Below are positions 53,146 through 64,000 of a DNA stretch of 64,000 bases, one piece after another (position 1 is the stretch's first letter; each line of letters opens with the position of its first letter). Origin of the DNA: Eledone cirrhosa (Eukaryota); assembly GCA_964016885.1 (NCBI GenBank), contig OZ024742.1, positions 334,490,001-334,554,000 of the forward strand. Direction: 5' to 3'. A program made the translations under genes and the position numbers. The notes beneath the pieces are model-generated. The model saw only the letters and a program-made list of their open reading frames with translations. It was not told the origin of the DNA and made no database searches.

Positions 53146-54350
53146 GACTGAAAATTTAATGTGACGTTTTAGTTTATGAACTAGGGCACATTGATAGTAT
53201 TGCATCATGGATTAAACCTTATTGTTCTCTCTGTGTTTCAATATGTCAGAACAGAGAGAAAACAGAAACAGTATTAATTAATGTTAATTTAGTAGTTACT
53301 GAGAAATAAATCTCGTAGACACAAATTTCCTTATGTACGATGTGACAGGTAAATATACGATGTTTAACATTCTACAGAGCTGATGATTTCTGTGGGGCTT
53401 TTTCCTTATTTCAAAGTCTTCCTTGCAGTTTCAAAGTATTGGTGTAAATTATGAAATTTACAATTTGCGATTCTGTTTATGCTAGTTCCTCAAATGTACT
53501 AGTTTAGATTGCTTGTAATGACGTATCAATTACATATCTCAGTGTTAAAATGTGACAACTATATACAAGGGGGATGATACAAAATGTATGTGATAAAATA
53601 AAATGTCTATTTAATGGAGATACTCCATGATACAGTTGTGATTATATATTTATATAAAAACAGAAGTTCAAATAGAAGAGCGTAGCTTCGATCTACGAAC
53701 ATCTGGGTTATGTTCTCAGCACGCTTCCACTACGCCACTCTGCTGGTGGTATAAATTCCTCGTTTATTACTTATAGTGTCTTAATTATATCCGAGGTGAT
53801 TGATTGAAAATATAAAGTTTAACCCTCAATTGTGCTGCTGGTTTAGAATGTTTGTGTTCCGTTATTTGAAAGCCTTCTACGTAGTTTCAAAGTATGGGTG
53901 TAAATTATTGAATTTACAATACTCAGACACATAGGCACAAGTTCAGAGCCGAAGTTTAAATAATACTGCTTATGAACCTCTCTATATTTCAGCATATATA
54001 AATAGACAACTTGTTATACTTAACGGAAATAATAGACTACTTCAATGGTGCGAATTATAAAAGCTATAGCGTGTTAATGATAGATAGTATGTATATTTTT
54101 ATTATAGATTTGGATATAAAAGACAAAAAACCATTACAAGTTTTAACAGAACAATAACTTGACTGTTCTTCTGTGCTAGTTTAGATTGCTTGTATTAAAT
54201 TAACCATTATATATATATATCACTGTGTTGAAATGTGACAACTATATAAAAAGAGGAGACTACACATAACATGTGAATGAATTTTCACTTTCTGTAGCTT
54301 CTGCGAAATTCAAATTGGGTTATATATTAAAAAACAAAAAGCAATACAAT

Positions 54351-54422
54351 TAGCAGAGCGTAGTTTCGATCTACGGACCTCTGGGTTATGGGCCCAGCAC
54401 GCTTCCACTGCGCCACTCTGCT
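54351..54422 (-). tRNA. initiator tRNA-Met(CAT), perfect consensus
   Basis: Exact consensus; paralog of 30725. Confidence 0.97.
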
Positions 54423-57400
54423 GACTGTAAAACTTTACAAATTTTAGTGACTGTATTAGACTAGATTACATTTATTGCATCGTCTATCACATATTATTGA
54501 TCTCTGTTTCTTTTATTATTTGTTCAAATCCCTTGAGTTCAATCCCGCCGAGGTTAGCTTTGCCTTTCATCCTTACTAGGTCGATAAGATAAAGCACCAG
54601 TAATGCACTGGGGTCGATTTAATCGACTGTCCAACCTCCCCAAATTAATGGCTTTGTGTTTATAGTAGAAATGATTATTCAACTTAATACTCTAAACATG
54701 ACACATGTATAGTGCAAGGCAAATCATCCCTTTTCTAAATAATAATTGTTTCTACTTTTGGCACAAGGCCAGCAATTATCCATTGGTACTTTATTTCAAC
54801 GACCCCATAAGGATGAAAGGCAAAGTTAACCTCGGTGGGATTTGAACTCAGAATGGCGTTCGATCGTCTACCGATGCTGCCAATTCTAATTGAGGCTCAA
54901 GTCTGAAATTTAGCGGGGAGGGGGAATGTTGATTAAACTATACTCACTACTTAACTATTACTTTATTTTATCAACACTAGAAGGATGAAATGCAAAGTCG
55001 GCCTTGTTGCCCTTTGAGCTCAGAACGTAAAGAGCCGGGATTAAACACCGCAACTTGGTTTGTTAGAACTTTATTCTGCTTAACCACAACTACCAATATT
55101 TAAAGGAAATAAAGAAATACATTCTTACATCATGCAAATTGTAATACATATAGTTCTCTTATTTATATACATTTTGTATAGATTTTTTGTTTAACTGTGT
55201 AGATCTTTACATACCAAAAAAGAAAAATATACACATTTTAGCAGAGATTTTTCCTTTATATTAATTCATTGTCTAGATGTTTGGATAGAAAAAAGAAGCA
55301 ACACATACACGTATTTTTAGAGAAATGGTTAGATCTACACACCTAGGTTTTATGGGAGCTCTACGATTCTGATGACGGCTGTGCGGGTATATATTGTTGG
55401 TATTGAATTATCCATTACATATCTCTCACTCTTTTCACAAGTATATTGAAAGGAAAGTCTGCAAAAAATATGTGATAAAATGAAATGAGTATTTAGTGTA
55501 GTTACTCCGAAATACAAACGGGATTATATAGTTAAAATAAATAGAAAAAAAAAAACAAACAGCAGAGTAGTAGTTTCGATTTATATTAAAAGGAGAATCT
55601 ACTAAATGTTTATTTAGTGAAGACACTCCAACAAAGGAATGGGATTGTATTTTAGAAAATAAACAACAAAAGCAGTAAATAGCAGAGCGTAGTTTCGATC
55701 TACAGACCTCTGCGTTATGGGCCCAGCACGCTTCCACTGCGCCACTCTGAAGGATGACTTAACATTGTACTATTTTGAATTTATGAAGTAGGTTACATTG
55801 ATATTATAACATCATAGATTAAAAGTTATTTTTCTTTATGTTTCAATATAACAGAACATTGGGAAACGTGATCAATACGGCGGTGAATTGGCAGTATCGG
55901 TAGAGGGTCGGACATGCTTTCCAGCATTGTTACGTCCCTTTACGATCTGAGTTCAAATCCGGCCGAGGTTAACTTTGCCTTTCATGCTTACGGGGTCGAT
56001 AAAATAAACTACCAGTAATGTACTGGGTAATTACTGGCCTTGTGCCTAAAATAATAACAATTATTACGTTCCCTTAGTGGATATTGAGTTTGTACTGGAA
56101 ATATTCTCTTGAATTCTCATTTCTACGGACATCAGGGTGATGGGCCCTGCACGGTTCCAATACGCCACTCTGCTGACGGTATTGGTAAGACGCTTCCGAA
56201 AACTATTGTTAGATTCGCATTTCCTTATACACGAGGTGACTGGTAATATATATGTTTAACATTCTCCAGATGATTTCTGGGGTTCGTTTATTTCGTTATT
56301 TTCAAAACCTTCGTTGTTTCAAAGTATGGGAGAAAATTATTAAATTTACAACACACAGTTACGCAGACAAATCAGATCTGAAGTTTGAATAATTGTTTCT
56401 ATTTTTGGCACAAGGCCAGCAACTATCCCAGTGTATTACTGGTACTTTATTTTATCGACCCCGTAAGGACGAAAAGCAAAGTTAACTTCGGCGGGATTAT
56501 AACTCTGGGCGTAACACTATGCTGAAAAGCATAGCGTCCGACCCTCTACCGATACTGCCAATCCACCGTCCTTAGTTATCCACTGCTTTATATTTCAGGA
56601 AATAATAATGAGACACATAACATACTTAATGGAAATAATTAAATAACAATATTTCAATTGCACGAATTATAAATAAATATATTTCTGATGCGGTATATAG
56701 TTACTTTCGAAAGAATTAAATAGTCATTTACTGTAGATACTCAGAGAGACAGGTATGATTATATATATAAAAAAATGAATAAATAAACGAACATATGTAG
56801 TAGTACAAAGTTTCGATCATCGGACCTCTGGATTATGGGCCCAGCACCTTGCCACTGCGCCACACTGCTGACTGTAAATTGTCGTGACTTTTTATTGCTT
56901 TGAATTTATGATCTAGGTTATATTAATAGTATTGCATCATAGATTAAACGTTATTTCTTTGTATTTCAATATTTCAGAAAATAGTGTAACGTGAAACAAT
57001 AGAAATGATTGCGTTCATTTAGTGGTTATTGAGGTTTCACGGGAAATAATCTCTTGGATTCAAGTTTTCTTATAGTTGAGGCGACGGGTAGAATATACAC
57101 CGTTTAACATTCTACAGAGGTGATGAATTCTGGGGAATTTTGTTTCGTTATTTTCAAGACATTCGTAGTAGTTTCAAAGTATGGGTATAAATTATTAAAT
57201 TTACAACACAGACACACGGACAAACCGACAAATCACATCTACAGTTTAAATAATACTGCTTCTCCAATGTCATATATTTCAGGAAATAATTAAGAGAAAC
57301 TTTACAATATTAACAGAGATAAATATATGTTATTTCATCGAATGTAAAATATATAGATATTTTATTCTACATAGTATATATATATATATATTTGTTGATT

Positions 57401-58362
57401 CATTGTCTAGACTTTCGGATACCAAAAATGAACAAAATACACAGGTTATAATAGACAAAAGATTTGACCGACAAACCTTCGAATTATGGGAGTTGTTGGA
57501 TTCTCTTGACGGCTGTGGTGTATATATTACTTGTATTCAATTATCCATTATATCTCTCCCTTTTGAAATGTGATAACTATATAAACGGAGGGGACTATAC
57601 ATTGTGTGGCAGCTCACACCTATGCAGGTCTAGGTGGCCTCCTCCAAGGTATATAACGTTGGAGGTGACTTGTGTGATTTAATGATAGGGACCCCAGTCC
57701 TATCATCTCATTTCTACACTGTGTAAACTGGAGCAACGTGAAATAAAGTGTCTTGCTCAAGGAAACAACACATCATCCGCTCCGAGAATTGAACACACCA
57801 CCTTTCTATTGCAAGCCCAATGCTCTATTCACTAAGCCATGCGCCTTCACTGTATACGATGCCTGTATTAAATTATCCATTATATCTCTCTCCCTTTTGA
57901 AATGTGATAACTATATAAAAGGAGGAGACTCCACATTATATGGGATAAAATCAAATCAATTTGTGTGGATATTACGAGGTATATATGGTATCATATAATT
58001 AAAAGAACAAAAAATTACAAATAGCAGAGCGTAGTTTCGTTTTTCGGAACTCTTTGTGGGCGCAGTACGTTTCAACTGTGTCACACACCTGGCAGTTTTA
58101 ATAGGACGTTGTATTACATTTAGTGACTGTCCACCATTAGATTGATAATAGTCATTTAGTGTAGATACTCTAGTGAATATATCAGAACATAGACTATTAT
58201 GTTCATTTAGTGGATACTAGCAGAATCGCCCGGCGTTGCTCTGGATTTGCTCTAGGGTTCTTATATATTTGATATATATTTATGCTTATCAAGCCTCGTG
58301 ATATAAATATGTTTGTTTATGGTTTGATATTGTGTATGCAAAAATATCTGTACACGAATATA

Positions 58363-58490
<128 letters not shown>

Positions 58491-58866
58491 AAAATAACAG
58501 ATTATAGTTTAATCAAAGAATCACTGCTGTCACTCTTAACGGGATCTTCTGAAACTAAATAAATCTATCTGTTAACGCAGAAGTATATATTTCGTAAAAT
58601 GTTACACACTATATATATATATAGATATACACAAACTATATATACATATATACGCACACACAGATAGCGACGTCATAATGTCGTAATGCAGACAGATATT
58701 ATAAGGGCGCAACGTTTTATCTATGTATCTATCTAAAAAGAAAATCTAAGAATTATAGAGAGAGATCGCTAAATCGCCTAATGCGGTCCCTAGGATATTG
58801 AAATTTTTGAAATGTTTGCTAAAAAAACTCACAGGACCATAAGTATTGTCACAGTACCATAAGTAT

Positions 58867-60451
58867 GTCATCTACATATCACCCGATATGTCGATGACAT
58901 ACTCATCCTTACATCATCCCGTGAGGAGGCGGATAAAATATACACAAAATTCTCCAGCATGGACGCCAGTATAAAGTTCAGCATGGAACACCCCGATGAC
59001 CACGGATCCCTATCCATACTGGACTTCCAACTCAGGGTAAGAGAGGAAGGCAACATCCACACTTGCTTCTATAAAAAAGCCGCCATCAGTGACCTGTTCG
59101 AACATTTCAGATCGGCCCTCCCAGCCAGCGCTAAGTTCGGATACATAAGGAACGAACTACACGTATCCCGAACAAATGCACCGACGCTAGAGACCGAGAC
59201 ACACACACCACACATTTCCTGGAAGTACTCAAACTGAATGGATACACGACATCCACCACAAACCGTGCCAGAAAGAACAGAGGACACCACACCCGAGGCA
59301 CTAACACTTGCTTCCTGAAGCTCCCACACTTCAGTGACGAAACAACAACAGCCATCCGCAGAGCTATCAGACGAGAGGGACTAGATATCCAACTGGCCCA
59401 CTGAGGTCCTTCCCTATGCGGACAGCTAACCAAAAGACACTCCACCAGACATGACAATTGCTGCAGGCTAGCCAACTGCCCCATCAACGACACAAACCTA
59501 TGCCACCAGGCTTACGTCGTATACAGACTAGAGTGCGACAAATGCAGCAACTTCTACGTAGGTAGCACCACCAGACCACTCCACATAAGAATAAAAGAAC
59601 ACCTCAATACCAACGCTTCCTCATTTAAGAAACACCTAGTTAAATGCAAAAACACCGACAAAACCATAACAGTTACGATAGAAACTAAGGAAAGAAACCT
59701 CGGCAATCTTAGAATTAAGGAAGTACTAATTATAGACAAAACACAACCACCAATCAATAATCGACGAGAACTCAACACCCAATATATAACTTGATATAGC
59801 ATCTAGCCCCATATTTACACCCCCCCCCCTTCCACACACACGCACACACTCACACACACACACACTTATACCTCCACTTATTCTCTCACACACACACATA
59901 CACACACAAAGACCAGTTCTAACACGAGATAATATTTATCCCCCACATATACGTATAGACATATCTTCTCACATACACACACACATACTTACACCTCACA
60001 CATTCTCCCACGTACTTAAACAGGCATGTACAAAAAAAAAACCCTTTTAAATGGAGACTACTCTTTATCCACCTAACCTTGACTCTTCGACATTAGAGAT
60101 AGAACAGATACTCTATACCATTTCCTGTCAGTATGACTTGGCAAGCTATTTAGAACACTGGTTTAACCGCTTTTCTTCCTTCCGAAGAAGAAATATTTTC
60201 TCGAACATTAAGGATATTTAAATAAAGATACTCTATACCATTTCCTGTCAGCATGACTTGGCAAGCTATTTAGAACACTGGTTTAACCGCTTTACTTCCT
60301 TCCGAAGAAGAAATATTTTCTCGAACATTAAGGACATTTAAATAAATCTAAGGTAAAAGACTAATTGTCAACAATATCTTTTGCATTTGCATTCTATATT
60401 CTATGTCCATACCTGCATTGTTTTGGCTTTATTATACATATACAAACGTTT
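58867..60451 (+). mobile_element. Penelope-like element copy (unit 3)
   Basis: Near-identical to 35293-36878. Confidence 0.95.
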
Positions 60452-60454
60452 ATA

Positions 60455-60503
<49 letters not shown>

Positions 60504-60627
60504 GTGAGGTTTTTTTTTACAAAATGAAAAATAACCGAGGTGTCCTACACGAGTGAAAGTATAAAATATATATATTTAAAAAAAAAAAAATAAGACTCCA
60601 GTTGCATTTTCGATTTCATCTCTTTTT

Positions 60628-60667
<40 letters not shown>

Positions 60668-60671
<4 letters not shown>

Positions 60672-61594
60672 GTTTGAATATGTATAATAAAGCCAAAACA
60701 ATGCAGGTATGGACATAGAAAAAAGAATGCAATTGCAAAAGATATTGTTGACAATTCGTCTTTTACCTTAGATTTATTTTAAACGTCCTTAATTTTCGAG
60801 ATAATATCTCTTCTTCAGAGGGAAATAAAGGTCTCAAACCAGCGTTCTAAATATCTTGCTAAGCCATGCTGCCAGGAAATAGTATAGAGTATCTATTCTA
60901 TCTCTAATGTCAAAGAGTTAAAATTAGGTGGATAAAGAGTAGTCTCCCTTTAAAAGGGGTTTGTTTAGGTTTTTTTTTATTTTTTTATATACATGCCTGT
61001 TTAAGTGTGTGGGAGAATGCATGAAGGTGTAAGTATGTGAGTGTGTGTGTGTGCGTGTGAGAAGATAAGTCTATTCGTAAATGTGGGGGATAGGTGTTAT
61101 CTGGTGTTAGAACTGGTTTTGTGTGTGTATGTGTGAGAGAGAATAAGTGGATGTGTAAGCGTGTGTGTGTGTGTGTGCGTGCGTGTGTGTGTATGGGGTG
61201 TGTAAATATGGGGCTAGAAGCCCTATCAGGTTATAAATTGGGTGTTGAGTTCTAGTCTATTATTGATAGGTGGTTGTGTTTTATCTATAATTAGTGCTTC
61301 CTTAATTATAAGATTGCCGAGGTTTTTTTCCTTAGTTTCTATCCTAACTGTTATGGTTTTGTCGGTGTTTTTGCATTTAACTAGGTGTTTCTTAAATGAG
61401 CAAGCGTTAGTATTGAGGTGTTCTTTTATTCTTATGTGGAGTGGTCTGGTGGTGCTACCTACGTAGAAGTTGTTGCATTTGTCACACTCTAGTCTGTATA
61501 CGACGTAAGCCTGGTGGCATAGGTCTGTGTCGTTGATGGGGCAGTTGGCTAGTCTGCAGCAGTTGTCATGTCTGGTGGAGTGTCTTTTGGCTAG
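60668..61594 (-). mobile_element. inverted Penelope-like fragment (unit 3)
   Basis: Near-identical to 37109-38031. Confidence 0.93.
60786..60823 (-). ncRNA. minimal hammerhead ribozyme motif
   Basis: Identical to 37227-37264. Confidence 0.7.
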
Positions 61595-62570
61595 AGAAAC
61601 TTTACAATATTAACAGAGATAAATATATGTTATTTCATCGAATGTAAAATATATAGATATTTTATGTACTTAGTATATATATATATATATATATATTTGT
61701 TGATTCATTGTCTAGACTTTCGGATACCAAAAACGAACAAAATACACAGGTTTTAATAGACAAAAGATTTGACCGACAAACCTTCGAATTATGGGAATTG
61801 TTGGATTCTGTTGACGGCTGCAGTGTATATATTGCTCGTATTCAATTATCCATTATATCTCTCTCCCCTTTGAAATGGGATAACTATATAAAAGGAGGAG
61901 ACTTCACATTATATGGGAAAAAATAAAATCAATTTTTGTGGATATTACGAGGTATATATGGAATCATATAATTAAAAGAACAAAAAATTACAAATAGCAG
62001 AGCGTAGTTTCGTTTTTCGGAACTCTTTGTGGGCGCAGTACGTTTCAACTGTGTCACACACCTGGCTGTTTTAATAGGACGTTGTATTACATTTAGTGAC
62101 TGTCCACCATTAGATTGATAATAGTTATTTAGTTTAGATACTCCGATAGACAAGTTTGATTATATATTTTAAAAAAAAGAACAATATCAAATATGATTAA
62201 ACAGCGTAGTTTCGATCTACGGACCTCTGGGTTATGGGCCCAGCACGCTTCCTCTGCGCCACTCTGCTGCATAGAAAATTACTTGACATTTTACTATTTT
62301 TAATTTATGACCTAGTTTACCTTGATAGTATTGCATCATAGAATAAGCGTTATATTTTCTTTGTTTGAATATATCTAAACATATAGTAACGTGAAACTAT
62401 ATAGATTATTACGTTCATTTAGTGGATACTAGCAGAATGGCCCGGCGTTGCTCTGGATTTGCTCTAGGGTACTTATATATTTGATATATATTTATCCTTA
62501 TCGAGCCTCGTGATATAAATATGTTTGTTTATGGTTTGATATTGTGTATGCAAAAATATCTGTACACGAA

Positions 62571-62647
<77 letters not shown>

Positions 62648-64000
62648 AACAGATTAAAGTTTAAGCAAAGAATCGCTGCTTTCACTCTTAACGGGATCCT
62701 CTGAAACTAAATAAATCTATCTGTTAACGCACAAGTATATATGGTCTGATTGATAGAAAACTGTCGAACAAACCTAGAAAAGAAATACATTCACAAATCT
62801 CTGAGGCTAGGAAAATCCGAGGTGTAACCATTCACCCACCTTCCACTTTACTACTAATATATCACCTATGTTGGCCACATCGTCGGTCATATTTCAGTTT
62901 TGTAGCAAAGATGGCAGTATCAGAACGATTGTTGACGTATTTACATACACACGTTTTAGGTTCCTCTCTCGGCCCAACCTATTATATTTTCGAATTTTTG
63001 GATACCATGAAGAAAATATACACCTCTTTAGCGTATGGATTTGATTGACAAAATACAAAATCGTAGAAGATGTAACTTACTGTTGACGTCTGATCATCAA
63101 CTGTGTTAGTTTAGAATGATTTTCTTGAATTATCGATTACACATCTCTCTCTTTTGAAATGTAACAACTATATTAAAAGGAGAGTCTACACATTGCATGT
63201 GACAGAATGAAATTCTCATTTAATGAAGATATTCTGCAATAGGGATGGGAATTTAGATTTATGAAACTAAAAGACAATAAAATTATCAAATAGCAGAGCG
63301 TAGTTTCGATCTGCGGACCTCTGGGTTATGGGCCCAGCACGCGTCCACTGCGCCACTACCGGACTATATCTCAGCAAATATAAGTATACACACCTTGCTA
63401 TACTTAACAGAAATAATGTCATTGGTGCCAATTGAAAAATCTAGAGAATGTTCATTTGTACATAGTATGTACATTTCTTGATTCACTTGGTGGATATAAA
63501 AGAGGAAAACTATACAAGTATTACTTGAGCAAGAACTTGATCGAGAAACCTTGGCATTATTGGAGTTGTACGATTTTGTTGACGGTAGTTCCTCACATTT
63601 ACTAGTTTAGATTGCTTGTAATGACGTATCAATTACATATCTGACTGTGTTGAAATGTGACAACTATATACAAGGAAGTGACTACACAATATAGGTGATA
63701 CAATGAAATTAAATGTTTATTTAATGGAGATACTCCATGATAGAGATGTGATTACATATTTAAACAAAACAATTAAAAAATACCAATTGCAGAGCGTAGT
63801 TTCGATCTACGGACCTCTGGGTTATGGGCCCAGCAAGCTTCCACTGCCACTCTGCTGGTGGTACAAATTCCACGTTACTTATATTGTGCTAATTATATCC
63901 GAGGTGATTGATTGAAAATATAAAGTTTAACCATCAATTGTGCTAGTTTAGAATGTTTGTACTGAATTATACATTACACATGTCTGTCTGTTGAAATGTG

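Overview
AT-rich eukaryotic non-coding DNA; the SINE types and (TA)n content suggest an invertebrate, plausibly an octopus (inference only). No intact protein-coding gene is visible, and the ORF track is almost all spurious. The window is a large cluster of about 70 initiator tRNA-Met(CAT) genes, variants and fragments (counted by eye) set in an old, decayed repeat unit of roughly 0.3-1.3 kb. Six copies match the consensus exactly (8521, 20203, 30725, 41349, 42461, 54351). Copies are on + up to about 14 kb and almost all on - afterwards: 1-14.7 kb and 15-26.3 kb form a mosaic inverted duplication. From 26 kb on there is a young ~11.6-13.4 kb tandem segmental repeat (3 units plus the start of a 4th). 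Inserted elements include non-autonomous Helitrons (TC...hairpin-CTAG in AT sites), Helitron helicase relics, two tRNA-derived SINE families, a CRE-type non-LTR endonuclease fragment just upstream of a tRNA gene, and a tail-to-tail pair of Penelope-like elements whose 3' ends carry minimal hammerhead-ribozyme motifs. Coordinates were counted by hand and may be off by a few bases.
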